Shown: piece after piece, positions 39,631 to 54,457 of the stretch
Numbering within the stretch: the stretch's first letter is position 1
Layout of the letters: each line of letters starts with the position of its first letter
Assembly (NCBI GenBank): GCA_964252075.1
Contig: CAXULY010000007.1
Coordinates: 64,001 to 128,000, forward strand
Reading direction: 5' to 3'
DNA length: 64,000 nucleotides
Origin: an uncultured Deinococcaceae bacterium
Lineage (GTDB): Bacteria; Deinococcota; Deinococci; Deinococcales; Deinococcaceae
The notes under the pieces: model-generated
Seen by the model: the letters and a program-made list of their open reading frames with translations, nothing else
What the model was told of the DNA's origin: nothing
Databases searched by the model: none
Program-made: the position numbers and the translations under genes

Positions 39631-40560
39631 TTACGCGAGGGTGCCGAGGTCCACGTTCGCGCCGCACACGATCACGCCCACCCGCTCGCCCGGCGCGGGC
39701 GTGTAGGCGCCCGTCAGCAGGGCTGCGAGGGCCGTCGCGCCGCCCGGTTCCGCCGCGATGCGCGCGCTGTCCCACAGGCGCCGCTGCGCCTCGCGGATGG
39801 CGTCGTCCGGCACCAGCACGGAGGCCGCCACGTGCGCCCGCGCGACCTGAAAGGCGAGGTCGCCGACGCGGCGCGCGCCCAGGGCGTCCGCCGCGACGCC
39901 CCCCACGGGCGCGTCGAGCGGCGCGCCCGCCGCGAGCGCCGCGTGTAGGCTCGGGCAGCCCTCAGGCTCCACGGCGATCACGCGCGCCCGGCCCGCGTAC
40001 CATGCCGCGACGCCCCCGATCAGGCCGCCGCCGCCCACCGCGACCAGCACCGTGTCGAGGTCCGGCGCCTGCGCCTCCAGTTCCCGCGCGAGGGTGCCCT
40101 GCCCGGCGAGGGTGTCGGCGTGCTCGTAGGCGTACGCGAAGAGGGCGCCCGTGTCCACCGCGCGCAGCTCGGCGGCCACGAGCGCCTCGGCGTAACTCGC
40201 ACCCGTCACGGTCACGTGCGCGCCGTACGCGCGCAGGCGCGCGACCTTCGCGGCGGAACTGATTTCCGGCACGAACACCTCCGCCGGGTGCCCGAGCGCG
40301 CGCGCGGCGTACGCGACGGCCGCGCCGTGGTTCCCGCCGGACGCCGCGATCACGCCGGAGGCCGGGACGGGGTGGCTCAGCAGGCGGTTGAAGGCCCCGC
40401 GCATCTTGAAGGACCCGCTGCGCTGCAGGTGCTCCAGCTTGAGGGTGAGGGGCGCGCCCGTGAGGCCCAGGTCCTGCGCTTGCACGTCCAGCACGGGCGT
40501 AACGCGCGCGTGCCCGGCGAGGCACGCGGCGGCGGCCTCGATGTCCGCGCGGCCAATCAC
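39631..40560 (-). CDS. Threonine/serine dehydratase (PLP)
   Basis: SGSFKMRG, ASGGNH, VGGGGL, EPGGA. Confidence 0.9.
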   Translation of the reverse strand: MIGRADIEAAAACLAGHARVTPVLDVQAQDLGLTGAPLTLKLEHLQRSGSFKMRGAFNRLLSHPVPASGVIAASGGNHGAAVAYAARALGHPAEVFVPEISSAAKVARLRAYGAHVTVTGASYAEALVAAELRAVDTGALFAYAYEHADTLAGQGTLARELEAQAPDLDTVLVAVGGGGLIGGVAAWYAGRARVIAVEPEGCPSLHAALAAGAPLDAPVGGVAADALGARRVGDLAFQVARAHVAASVLVPDDAIREAQRRLWDSARIAAEPGGATALAALLTGAYTPAPGERVGVIVCGANVDLGTLA

Positions 40561-40856
40561 GCGATCACCAGCACGCTCGCGTCGCGCACGGGCGTGAGGG
40601 TGCGGGTCACACCCTGTGCGACGCGGTACGTCTCGCCCACGCGTAGGTGCACGAACTCGTGCTGCGGGAGGTCCAGGATGAGTTCACCCGTGAGGCACAC
40701 GTACCAGCGTTCCTGCGCGCCGCCGTCCTGCGGCTGCGTGAGGTGCAGGGTGCTGAGGCGACCGCCGCTCTCGGGCAGGCCCACAGGCACGTCCGGGGTG
40801 GCGGCGGCGAGGCGCGCGAGGTGCAGGCTCGTGGGGGTGGGGCGGCGCTCAGGCAT
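40557..40856 (-). CDS. Small cupin-fold protein
   Basis: YVCLTGELILD...LRVGETYRVAQG. Confidence 0.65.
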   Translation of the reverse strand: MPERRPTPTSLHLARLAAATPDVPVGLPESGGRLSTLHLTQPQDGGAQERWYVCLTGELILDLPQHEFVHLRVGETYRVAQGVTRTLTPVRDASVLVIA

Positions 40857-40933
40857 GCGATCAGGCTACCGCAGGTGCGGGAAGGCGAAGGGGCGGAGGA
40901 GCAGTCCCGCCTCCCCCGCCCCACCCGCCGCCT

Positions 40934-43864
<2,931 letters not shown>

Positions 43865-44067
43865 GTTCCTACAGCCTTACTGGGGATGAGACGGCGGCCC
43901 CGGCGATCTTGCGCGTGAGCGTAGCACACCTGATGGTGAAATCCGGACGGCCGCGGTGGTGCGGGCGCGCTTCACGAATCCTTGCGTGTGCCGACGGGCG
44001 AATGCAGCATGATGCCCTGCCCGCACCCCAGCCGCCGTGGCGCGCGTGACACTTCGCCGCCCGGCGC

Positions 44068-45078
44068 TCAGCTGGGCCGCGCCTCCAGCAGCTGCACGCC
44101 CGCGCGGGTGGGCACCGCGCGCGGCGCGCTGAACCCCGCGCCCGTCAGGAGCGCGCCGTACGCCTCCAGGCGGCGCTCACGCCCGCCCGTCACGACCAGC
44201 ATGTTGAGGTCCGACAGGGCGCCGTCAAGATTCGCGTCGTCCAGCACGCGCTCGATCACCAGCAGGGTGGCGTCCGGGGGCATGGCCTCCCGCACGCGGC
44301 GCAGGATCAGGGCGGCGCGCTCGTCCTCCCAGTCGTGCAGCACCAGCTTCAGCAGGTACGCGTCGCCGCCCGCCGGCACGCCGTCGAAGAAGCTGCCGCC
44401 GACCACCGCGCAGCACTCCGCGAGCCCCTCGCCCCGCAGGCGCGCCTCGGCCACCGCCGCCACCTGCGGCTGATCGAACAGCACGCCGCGCAGGTGCGGG
44501 TGCGCGCGCAGGAGCGCCGCGAGCAGCACGCCCTCCCCGCCGCCCACATCCACCACCTGCCGGAAGCCGCTGAAGTCGTAGGCGCCCAGCAGCGCGGCGT
44601 GCAGCCCCTCCGTGTTGTGCGTCATGAAGCGCTGAAAGGCCTCCCCTTCCTCCGGGTGCTGCGCGCGGTACGTCCACACGTCCGTGCCGTGCAGGTGCTC
44701 GAAGGCGGTCTCGCCCGTGCGGACGCTGTGCAGCAGCGCGCCCCAGGCGTCCCAGTGGTGCGGGCGGCCCAGGTACCCCGCGAGGCCGCTCAGCCCGCCC
44801 TGCGCCCCGGGGCGCAGGCCTTCCCCCACCGCCGTGAGCGCGAAACGCCCCTGGGCGTCCTCGCGCAGCACACCGTGCACCGCGAGCGTCCGCAGCAGGC
44901 GGAGCAGTGCATCCGGGTGGGCGGACACGGAGGGGGCGAGGTCTGCAGCGGTCCTGGGCTCCTCATGGAGGAGGTCCGGCACGCCCAGCGCCACCAGCGC
45001 GTACAGGGCCTGCGAGACCCGGTACCCACCAATGAGGCGGCGCAGGGCAACGGTGGGCGACTCATCGGACTCGTGCAT
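44068..45078 (-). CDS. SAM-dependent O-methyltransferase
   Basis: Dimerisation HTH, VDVGGGEG, GSFFD, VLHDWED, GGRER. Confidence 0.9.
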   Translation of the reverse strand: MHESDESPTVALRRLIGGYRVSQALYALVALGVPDLLHEEPRTAADLAPSVSAHPDALLRLLRTLAVHGVLREDAQGRFALTAVGEGLRPGAQGGLSGLAGYLGRPHHWDAWGALLHSVRTGETAFEHLHGTDVWTYRAQHPEEGEAFQRFMTHNTEGLHAALLGAYDFSGFRQVVDVGGGEGVLLAALLRAHPHLRGVLFDQPQVAAVAEARLRGEGLAECCAVVGGSFFDGVPAGGDAYLLKLVLHDWEDERAALILRRVREAMPPDATLLVIERVLDDANLDGALSDLNMLVVTGGRERRLEAYGALLTGAGFSAPRAVPTRAGVQLLEARPS

Positions 45079-45187
45079 GACACCTCCGTGCCGCGCAGGA
45101 CGGACGCCAGCGGGAGGCGCGGGTGACGCCCAGTGTACGCCCGCACGCACGGCCCTTGACCAAAGGTTCATCTGCTACAGTGCGCCC

Positions 45188-45763
45188 ATGCGAAGGCAGG
45201 GCAGCGCACTCAGCACGACCGTTGTGCTGGGGCTCGCGCTGTGCGCGCTGCTGGGCTTCCTGCCCTTCAGCCCGCACCTCGACGTGCGTCGCCCCGCGCC
45301 CACCCTGCTGGTGCTGGGCGCGGCGCAGTACAACGGGCGCCCCAGCCCCATCTTCCAGCGCCGCCTGGACCACGCGCTCGCCCTGTACCGGGCGGGCGGC
45401 GTGACGCGCATCATCGTGTCGGGCGGCGTGGGGCGCGGCGACCGCTTCAGCGAAGGGCAGGTGGGCGCCCGGTACCTCGCGCGCCACGGCGTGCCCGCCC
45501 GCGTCCTGCGCGCCGAGACGCGCAGCCGCGACACCGTCGAGAACCTGCGCTTCAGCCGGTCCCTGGCGTCCGGTCCCGTCACGCTCGTCACAGATGAGGC
45601 GCACGCCCCGCGCGCCCTCGCGCTCGCCAAGGCGCTCGGTTATCACGCCACCGTCAGCGGCGCTCCCCTGAACGGTCCCAGCAACAGCTACCGCCACCGC
45701 GAGCGCCTGCTGCTGGTGGTGTATGCATTGCTGGGCGTGACGGATCGTACTTCACAACGATAA
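45188..45763 (+). CDS. YdcF/DUF218 family protein
   Basis: VLGAA...RRLD.A, VSGG, SEG, SRDTVEN, VTDEAHAPRA; TACAGT 6 nt before ATG. Confidence 0.88.
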   Translation: MRRQGSALSTTVVLGLALCALLGFLPFSPHLDVRRPAPTLLVLGAAQYNGRPSPIFQRRLDHALALYRAGGVTRIIVSGGVGRGDRFSEGQVGARYLARHGVPARVLRAETRSRDTVENLRFSRSLASGPVTLVTDEAHAPRALALAKALGYHATVSGAPLNGPSNSYRHRERLLLVVYALLGVTDRTSQR

Positions 45764-45768
45764 AAACA

Positions 45769-45794
45769 GGCAGGGGCGCGTTAGCGCCCCTGCC
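45769..45794. terminator. Hairpin terminator
   Basis: GGCAGGGGCGC-gtta-GCGCCCCTGCC. Confidence 0.7.
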
Positions 45795-45809
45795 AACTTA
45801 TAGCGAGTC

Positions 45810-46865
45810 CTAACGCTGCTCAGCCTGCAGAAAACGACGGCGCTCCGCGAGCAAAGCCTTCATGCTAGCACTCATGGCGTTTTGCGCCGTTGAGGGAGCC
45901 TGGGGACGCCAACCATTCTGAAGAGCAAGCGACGTGGCAGCCAGCTCCTGATGCACAACATCAATCTGTTCTAGTTGTCGCGGCATGACAAAAGCACTCC
46001 TTCCGAGGGCTTGTTTGTACGAGCAGTGTACAACGTCCAGCCCCTACGTCAAGGTAATTGTTGTTGCGTATCCGCTCATCCGCAGTTTGGTGGTACTGGC
46101 CCTATCAGGCGCAAAACAGGTGCTGAGGGCAAAAGCAGGATGCAGCCACGGCACCTCAAAATGTCTCGTGCCCACCAAGAAGCGGTCTACCCCAGCCACG
46201 GTCACACCAACCCGAATCCCGTGCCCACCCGGCCTGCCAGTATGTCGCTCAATAAAATGCTCGGACACTGCAAGCACAACAGATAGTGAGTGCCGCTCAG
46301 GTGCATCTGGACACAAGAAGCTCAAATCGCAGAAGCCGTTGAGACCGTCTAAAAACTGCGTTAGCGCCAATGCACCAACGGCAAGCATGCCGTACGTTTC
46401 CTGGCTGTCTACGTGACCAGGAAAATAGGTGGCGAGAGTCTGGTCGTCCATACCGGGAATGGCTGCCGCCGCCGCACGGATAGCTGCCGCTGCCGCATCG
46501 AGTATTGACAACTCACCACCGCATCCGTGACTTCTGTAATGCCCACTCAAATCGTGCCACAAGTTATTTTGTTTGTCTATCGCTTCAACTGCTATGCAGT
46601 CTAGGAAAATGCGGTGCAAATTTGTGTTTCTGGGAAGATAACCCAGAATAGTTCTGCTCTCGAATCTGCGTAGGTGTCTTGAGCCCACCGTGTCCTGATT
46701 TGATTTATTCCAGATTCCGCTCAATTCTTGAGTCGTAACTGCAACAGCAGGCCCAACAGGGTTATGACCGATTAGGAAGGCGTGCCAGTCCTGCCAATAG
46801 GGTCCGCGCACATAAAGAGTCTGCCATCTACTATGCCTATGACGCACACTGAAATCAGAGGGCAT
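45810..46865 (-). pseudogene. Low-GC gene interrupted by in-frame TAG at 46044-46046
   Basis: 273-aa ORF; same frame stays open 77 more codons to TAG 45810; TATGGT 6 nt before ATG. Confidence 0.55.
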
Positions 46866-47009
46866 TGCACGACCATATACAGTAGAAACACTTTTTCCGG
46901 CCAGTCATAGTTCCGAACCGAATGGTAGCGCCGGGGGGAGCGTCCTTCAAGGAGCATAAAGACGAAAGATACTCCTTGACGAATTGAAGTACAGCTACTG
47001 ACGTGGACA

Positions 47010-47219
47010 ATGAGTGTTTTCGATGCCTGACCATCCTCAGACGGAACCGAAGTGCTGGCCTAGGTCCGGCGTCCGGACGGCACCCGCTTTGAGGTGCTGG
47101 GCCGCTACGAGGAAGCGGCGAACCTCGTGCGCGCCGGGGACGGCCGGGCCTGGGGCTGGGACACGCCCAAACAGGTGACGCGCTGGGCGGACCTCACGTG
47201 GCCGCCGGGCAAGCCCTGA
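47010..47219 (+). pseudogene. Decayed small gene with two in-frame stops
   Basis: MSVFDA*PSSDGTEVLA*VRRPDGTRFEVLGRY...VTRWADLTWPPGKP; GC3-rich frame. Confidence 0.4.
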
Positions 47220-47294
47220 AACGCCGGGCGTCCTTGACGCAGGGACACCCCGCACGCCTGCCCCTCATGAGGTGCGCGGTATTGTAAGGCCGCT

Positions 47295-48533
47295 ATGGAC
47301 AGTCACATCAAGGTTCCGGCCGGCGAGAAGATCACCATGCAAGACGGCAAGCTGAGCGTGCCGAACAACCCCATCATCCCCTTCGTGGAGGGGGACGGCA
47401 CGGGCCCGGACATCTGGCGCGCGAGCGTGCGGGTGCTGGACGCCGCCGTGGAGAAGGCCTATGGCGGGAGCCGCAAGATCGCCTGGATGGAGGTCTACGC
47501 GGGCGACAAGGCGAACGAGGTGTATGGCGAGACCGTGTGGCTGCCCCAGGGCACCATCGAGGCCTTCAAGGAGTACCTGATCGGCATCAAGGGGCCGCTC
47601 ACCACGCCTGTGGGCGGCGGCATCCGCAGCATCAACGTGGCGCTGCGTCAGGAACTCGACCTGTACGCCTGCCTGCGCCCCGTGCAGTACTTCGACGGCG
47701 TGCCGAGCCCCGTCAAGAACCCCGAGTTCGTGGACATGGTGATCTTCCGTGAGAACACCGAGGACATCTACGCCGGCATTGAGTACCAGGCGGGCACGCC
47801 GGAGGCCGCGAAGATGCGCGACTTCCTCGTGAACGAGATGGGCGTCAAGAAGATCCGCTTCCCGGACACCAGCAGCTTCGGCGTGAAGCCCGTCTCGCAG
47901 GAGGGCACCGAGCGCCTCGTGCGCGCCGCCATCCAGTACGCGATTGACAATGGGCGCAAGAGCGTCACGCTGGTGCACAAGGGCAACATCATGAAGTTCA
48001 CGGAAGGCAGCTTCCGCGACTGGGGCTACGAGCTCGCGAAGCGCGAGTTCGGCGGCGTGGAACTGGACGGCGGGCCGTGGCTGCAACTCCCGAACGGCAT
48101 CGTCATCAAGGACGTGATCGCGGACGCGTTCCTGCAGCAGATCCTGCTGCGCCCCAAGGAGTACGACGTGATCGCCACCCTGAACCTGAACGGCGATTAC
48201 ATCAGTGATGCGCTGGCCGCGCAGGTGGGCGGCATCGGCATCGCGCCGGGCGCGAACATCAACTACATCTCGGGCACCGCGGTGTTCGAGGCGACGCACG
48301 GCACCGCCCCGAAGTACGCGGGCAAGGACGTCATCAACCCCAGCTCGGTCATCCTGTCCGGCGAGATGATGCTGCGCTACCTGGGCTGGACGGAGGCCGC
48401 GGACCTGATCGTGGCGACGCTCGGCAAGACCATCGGGCAGAAGACCGTCACGTACGACTTCGCGCGCCTCATGGACGGCGCGAAGGAAGTCAAGACCAGT
48501 GAGTTCGCGGACGCGCTGATCGCGAACATGTAA
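47295..48533 (+). CDS. icd: NADP-dependent isocitrate dehydrogenase
   Basis: [51 protein letters not shown]. Confidence 0.97.
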   Translation: MDSHIKVPAGEKITMQDGKLSVPNNPIIPFVEGDGTGPDIWRASVRVLDAAVEKAYGGSRKIAWMEVYAGDKANEVYGETVWLPQGTIEAFKEYLIGIKGPLTTPVGGGIRSINVALRQELDLYACLRPVQYFDGVPSPVKNPEFVDMVIFRENTEDIYAGIEYQAGTPEAAKMRDFLVNEMGVKKIRFPDTSSFGVKPVSQEGTERLVRAAIQYAIDNGRKSVTLVHKGNIMKFTEGSFRDWGYELAKREFGGVELDGGPWLQLPNGIVIKDVIADAFLQQILLRPKEYDVIATLNLNGDYISDALAAQVGGIGIAPGANINYISGTAVFEATHGTAPKYAGKDVINPSSVILSGEMMLRYLGWTEAADLIVATLGKTIGQKTVTYDFARLMDGAKEVKTSEFADALIANM

Positions 48534-48539
48534 GCAGGT

Positions 48540-48579
48540 GAACAGGGCCGCCCGCTGCTGTCAGCGGGCGGCCCTGTTC
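48540..48579. terminator. Hairpin terminator
   Basis: 18-bp IR after icd. Confidence 0.75.
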
Positions 48580-48652
48580 GTTCTCCAGCGGCCCAGGTGT
48601 TGAGGTGACCTTGCCGGGTCCGGCGCGTGACCTCTTCTGGGCGGCGCCCACC

Positions 48653-49558
48653 TCAGAAGCCGAACAGCTGGGCGAAGTTCCAGCCCGTCCCGATCTCCTT
48701 CCCGCCGTTCGTGTCATCCCAGGACCCCTGGTCGTACAGGCCCAGCCCGCTGCGGTAGCCCAGGTGCCGGTACCAGTGCAGGGAACCGTCCGGCTTCACC
48801 CCGTACATGACGCCGTCCGCCACCGCCACCAGCTGCCTGAACCCGTTCCAGCCGGTGCCCACCACCTTGCCGCCCTTCGCGTCCCAGGCGCCGGGGTCGG
48901 ACAGCCCGCCGCCCGTGCGGTACGCCAGGTGGTGGTACCAGCGCAGGTCGCCGTTGGGCATCACGCCGTAAATGATGCCGCCGGGCGCCGCGAACACCTT
49001 GGTGAAGGTGTTCCAGCCGGTGCCCACCACCTTGCCGCCCTGGGGGTCCCAGGCGCCGGGCGTCTCCAGCCCCTGTCCGGTGCGGTAGGCGTTGTGCTTG
49101 TACCAGTGCAGGTCCCCGTTGGGGCTGATGGCGTAGATCACGCCGCCGCTGGTGGCGAACACCTGCTTGAAGCCGTTCCAGCCGTTGCCGATCTTGTGGC
49201 GGCTGGCGGCGTTCCAGGCGCCGGGGTCGTTCAGGCCGCCGCCCGTGCGGTAGGCGTCGTGCTTGTACCAGTACAGGTCCCCGTTGGAGAAGATGTCGTA
49301 GATGACGCCCTCACCGGTCGTGAACACGCCGACCGAGTCGTTCCAGCCCGTCCCGATTTCGTTCCCGCCATTCGTGTAATCCCAGGACCCCTGGTCGTAC
49401 AGCCCGCCCGCCGTGAGGGGCGCGAGGTGGCGGTACCACTTCAGTGAGCCGTCGGTCGTCACGCCGTACAGGGTGGTGGGCGTGGAGGCCGGCTGGGCGT
49501 GGCCCTGCGTGGCGAGCAGCAGGGCGAAGGTCAGGGCGGTCCTGGTCTTTGCGTTCAT
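48653..49558 (-). CDS. Secreted tachylectin-2-like beta-propeller lectin
   Basis: Signal peptide; five repeats with G.L.WY.H and IG.GWN; AAGGAG RBS. Confidence 0.8.
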   Translation of the reverse strand: MNAKTRTALTFALLLATQGHAQPASTPTTLYGVTTDGSLKWYRHLAPLTAGGLYDQGSWDYTNGGNEIGTGWNDSVGVFTTGEGVIYDIFSNGDLYWYKHDAYRTGGGLNDPGAWNAASRHKIGNGWNGFKQVFATSGGVIYAISPNGDLHWYKHNAYRTGQGLETPGAWDPQGGKVVGTGWNTFTKVFAAPGGIIYGVMPNGDLRWYHHLAYRTGGGLSDPGAWDAKGGKVVGTGWNGFRQLVAVADGVMYGVKPDGSLHWYRHLGYRSGLGLYDQGSWDDTNGGKEIGTGWNFAQLFGF

Positions 49559-49724
49559 GGTGGGCTCCTTTGGGCGGCGTGGGCGCCGTTCGTTCCTGAC
49601 ACCCACCTTGCTCGGGCGCGTGTCCCGTTGTCTTGAGGCGGCGGTTGTCTCGGAATCTGGGACTTGAGGCTGGGGTCGGCCCTCCGCGACCCACGGTGCT
49701 GTCAGTTGGTATCCTGTCTGGCGG

Positions 49725-49937
49725 ATGACGCGCCTCATCAGTTCGATTCTTGCCGTGGTGGTGCTGGCCGCCGTGGCGCTGCTGGCCGTGTGGCTGGTGG
49801 GTCAGCTGCTGATCGGGCTGGGCATTTTCGTGGTGGGACTCGCGCGGGTGCTGCTGGGCGTCGCGAAGTTCCTGCTGATCGCGGGCGTGCTGGGCGGCCT
49901 CGCGTACTTCCTGGCGAGCGCGAACCGGCGGGGTTGA
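49725..49937 (+). CDS. Small membrane protein (70 aa)
   Basis: Hydrophobic throughout; TGATG overlap with next gene. Confidence 0.7.
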   Translation: MTRLISSILAVVVLAAVALLAVWLVGQLLIGLGIFVVGLARVLLGVAKFLLIAGVLGGLAYFLASANRRG

Positions 49938-50695
49938 TGCAGCACACGGAGCGCTTCACGGCGCGGGCGGACAGTTACGTGGGCGGGCGGCCCGGCTACC
50001 CGGCGGCGCTGGCCGAGGTGCTGGCCTCACGCGGCCTGCTGACCCTGCCTTGCGCGGACGTGGGGGCGGGCACGGGGCTCTTCACGCGCCTGCTGCTGGG
50101 CGCCGGGGCGACCGTGCGGGCGGTCGAGCCGAACGACGCGATGCGCGCCGAACTGGAGCGGGACCTGCAGGACCACGTGAGGAGCGGGCGCCTGAGCGTG
50201 CTGCCGGGCAGCGCCGAGGAGACGGGCCTGGAGGCCGCCGGGGTCGGGCTGGTGAGCTGCGCGCAGAGCGCCCACTGGTTCGACGCGGAGCGCGCGCGGG
50301 CGGAGTTCCGGCGCGCGCTCGCGCCGGGCGGCGCGCTGCTGCTGGTCTGGAACGACTGGCGCGGGCATGCCGACACGCGCTTCACGCGCGCGTACAGCGC
50401 GGTCGTGCGGCGCTTCACGAGCAACCCCGCCGAGAACGCCACGCGCGTGCCGCTGGACCTCGTGGCGCGCTACTTCGCGGGCGCGCCCTTCGAGCACCTG
50501 GAATTCCAGAATCCCGTGACGTTCACGCGTGAGCGCCTGCACGCGCTCGCCACCAGCGTCTCGTACCTGCCCGCGCGCGGCACGCCCGGGCAGGCGGACA
50601 TGCAGGCCGCGCTGGACGCGGCTTTCGACGCGCATCAGGAGGGTGGGCGTGTCACCATGGCGTACGTGACGCACGCCTTCCTGGGCGCGCTGTGA
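49937..50695 (+). CDS. Class I SAM-dependent methyltransferase
   Basis: RPGYP, ADVGAGTG, VEPN, AQSAHWFD. Confidence 0.9.
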   Translation: MQHTERFTARADSYVGGRPGYPAALAEVLASRGLLTLPCADVGAGTGLFTRLLLGAGATVRAVEPNDAMRAELERDLQDHVRSGRLSVLPGSAEETGLEAAGVGLVSCAQSAHWFDAERARAEFRRALAPGGALLLVWNDWRGHADTRFTRAYSAVVRRFTSNPAENATRVPLDLVARYFAGAPFEHLEFQNPVTFTRERLHALATSVSYLPARGTPGQADMQAALDAAFDAHQEGGRVTMAYVTHAFLGAL

Positions 50696-50808
50696 TGCCG
50701 CTGCACCCGCGCTGAATCCCAGTCCAAGTTTCAAAGATCACCGGGGAACGCTTTATAATTTGATGTTGCTGGCGCGCACGCGCCGTTCTTTTGCTGTATG
50801 GAGGCATG

Positions 50809-52338
<1,530 letters not shown>

Positions 52339-52387
52339 GGCGACGGGGCGGTCCGAGGAGGGCCGCCCCGCTTCTTTGGGGTGCACA

Positions 52388-52759
52388 ATGAGGCGCGTGC
52401 GTCACCGCCCACACCGACCCGCCCGCTGGCCGTGGGTGCTGCTGGGCTGGCTGCCCGCGCTGCTGGGCGCCCTGTGGCTGCGGGCGCTGAGCACCGGCGG
52501 CGGACCGCGCGTGACCGTTCATTACTGGGCGGGGGCGCGGCAGGTCACGGCGCACCTGCCTGCCCTGAGCCTGGACGCGCTGTTCACGGTGCTGTTCAAC
52601 GCAACGGATGTGAGCCCCGTGGAGCTGCTCGTGGTGGGCCTGTGGTGGGGACTGGCGCACCTGCTGGCGTGGGCGCTGCTGCTGGGTGGCGTGGTGATGG
52701 GCGTGGTCGTGCTGGTGCGGACGCTGGCCCGCGCGCGGCGGGACGCGCCCGCGCGCTAA
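52388..52759 (+). CDS. Hypothetical membrane protein
   Basis: Hydrophobic segments; start uncertain. Confidence 0.5.
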   Translation: MRRVRHRPHRPARWPWVLLGWLPALLGALWLRALSTGGGPRVTVHYWAGARQVTAHLPALSLDALFTVLFNATDVSPVELLVVGLWWGLAHLLAWALLLGGVVMGVVVLVRTLARARRDAPAR

Positions 52760-53169
52760 ACCTTCACCACGCCCTCCAGCAGGCTCACGCTGCCCTGAAT
52801 GCCCATGAGTTGCGCGGCGCTGAGGCCCCAGCGCTCCCCGAGCGCGGCGGGGTCGAGGAAGGTGAGCCACACCTGCCCGCCGTCGTCCTCCCACACCAGG
52901 GCCTTGAGGGGCAGGTCGAGTGCGGCTTCCGGGACGGCCTGCATGATGGGCGTGCCGCCACGCGGGTTCCCGAACAGCACCAGCACGGTGGGGCGCAACG
53001 CCAGCCCGGCCTCGCGCGCGGCGGCGGCCTGATCGATGCGCGCGAAGACCGTCATGCTTTTCGCGCTGAGGGCGGCGTCGAGCCGCGCGAGGGTGTCGTC
53101 GAAGGGGTGCGGGCTGGGGTGGCTGACGACGCCAGGGAAGCTCCCCTCAGGCGTGGCGTGGCTGGTCAT
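52756..53169 (-). CDS. DUF302 family protein
   Basis: VFARIDQAAAA..AG..LRPT...FGNP.GGTP.MQ...ALDLPLK. Confidence 0.88.
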   Translation of the reverse strand: MTSHATPEGSFPGVVSHPSPHPFDDTLARLDAALSAKSMTVFARIDQAAAAREAGLALRPTVLVLFGNPRGGTPIMQAVPEAALDLPLKALVWEDDGGQVWLTFLDPAALGERWGLSAAQLMGIQGSVSLLEGVVKV

Positions 53170-53186
53170 GCGGTTACACTACGCCC
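53170..53186. promoter_or_regulatory. 17-bp bidirectional leaderless promoter
   Basis: TACACT (+) and TAGTGT (-) overlap, each 6 nt before an ATG. Confidence 0.75.
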
Positions 53187-54398
53187 ATGACCGCCACCAC
53201 CTTCGATGTGCACGCCGCCCGGCAGCAGTTCCCACAGCTCGCGGACGGCATGGCGTTCCTGGACAACGCCGCGGGCGGCTTGATGCCGCAGCGCGCGATT
53301 GACGCCGTGACGCGCTTCCTGACGCGGCACGGCGCGATGAACGCGGGCATGGGGTACGCGCAGAGCGAGCACGTGCTGGACATCAAGCTGAGGGCGCGGG
53401 AACGGACGGCGGCGTACCTGAACTGCACGCCCGGCGAGGTGGTGCTGGGGCCGAGCGCGAGCGCCCTCGCGTTCCGGCTGTCGGTGGCCTTCGCGCGGCT
53501 GTGGGGGCCGGGCGATGAGGTGATCATCTCGGAGCTGGAGCACGAAGCGAACGCCAGCCCGTGGCGGGAACTGGAGCGCGTGGGCGTGACGGTGAAGGTG
53601 TGGCGCGCGCGCCTGCCGGACCTGACGCTGCACGTGGAGGACCTGTGCGCGCTGCTGACGGACCGCACGCGGCTGCTCGCGGTCTGCGCGGCGTCGAACA
53701 GCGTGGGGGTGACGCCGCCCGTCACGGAGGCGGTGGCGGCGGCCCGCGAGGCGGGCGCGTGGTCCATCGTGGACGCCGTGCACAGCGCGCCACATCACCT
53801 GCCGGACGTGCGGGCGTGGGGCGCGGAATTCGTGATGTTCAGCCCGTACAAGGTGTTCGCGCCGCACCTGGGCGCGCTGTTCGTGCAGGAAGGCCTGCTG
53901 GACGGCCTGCCTGCCCAGAAGCTGGAGTTCGTGCCGGACGGCGAGCCCGCCAAGATGGAGCACGGCACGTCGCAGTACGAGCTGCTGGCCGGCTGGCTGG
54001 GGAGCCTCGCGTACCTCGCGGACCTGGGGGGCAGCGGGGACGTCACGCGCGCGGCGCTGGAGCGCACGTACCGCAGCATCGAGGCGCACGAGCGGGAACT
54101 CACGCGCGCCATGATCGAGGGGCTGCTGGACGCGCCGCGCGTCACGCTATACGGCCCGCGCGGCACGGAAGGGCGGGTGGGTACGGCGGCCTTCCGCGTG
54201 GCGGGCCGCTCGCCGCGCGAGGTGGCGGCGCACCTGAGCGAGCAGGGCGTGTGCGTGGCGAGCGGCCATTACTACGCGGTCATGCCCATCCGCGCGCTCG
54301 GCCTGTACCCGGAGGGCGTGGTGCGCGCGAGCCTCGCGCACTACAACACGCCTCAGGACGTGGCGCGGCTCGTGGAGGGCGTGCGGAGCATCAAGTGA
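53187..54398 (+). CDS. Cysteine desulfurase-like class V aminotransferase
   Basis: FLDNAAG, EHEAN..PW, VDAVH, SPYK. Confidence 0.88.
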   Translation: MTATTFDVHAARQQFPQLADGMAFLDNAAGGLMPQRAIDAVTRFLTRHGAMNAGMGYAQSEHVLDIKLRARERTAAYLNCTPGEVVLGPSASALAFRLSVAFARLWGPGDEVIISELEHEANASPWRELERVGVTVKVWRARLPDLTLHVEDLCALLTDRTRLLAVCAASNSVGVTPPVTEAVAAAREAGAWSIVDAVHSAPHHLPDVRAWGAEFVMFSPYKVFAPHLGALFVQEGLLDGLPAQKLEFVPDGEPAKMEHGTSQYELLAGWLGSLAYLADLGGSGDVTRAALERTYRSIEAHERELTRAMIEGLLDAPRVTLYGPRGTEGRVGTAAFRVAGRSPREVAAHLSEQGVCVASGHYYAVMPIRALGLYPEGVVRASLAHYNTPQDVARLVEGVRSIK

Positions 54399-54457
54399 GG
54401 TGAGGGGCGCGAGCCGCCCCTCACCTGGCCCTGGGAGGGCATCATGCTTTTCTCGGG

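Noticed and set aside
46044..46046. Pyrrolysine/programmed amber recoding
   Set aside because: No pyl genes or supporting context in the window; nonsense mutation or sequencing error is more likely.
48653..49558. CRISPR-like periodic repeats
   Set aside because: Repeats are in-frame coding repeats of a propeller protein; no cas genes or unique spacers anywhere in the window.
49585..49603. Fourth copy of the LuxR-type box upstream of the lectin gene
   Set aside because: Needs an indel, is unpaired and has no -10 at the 21-nt spacing.
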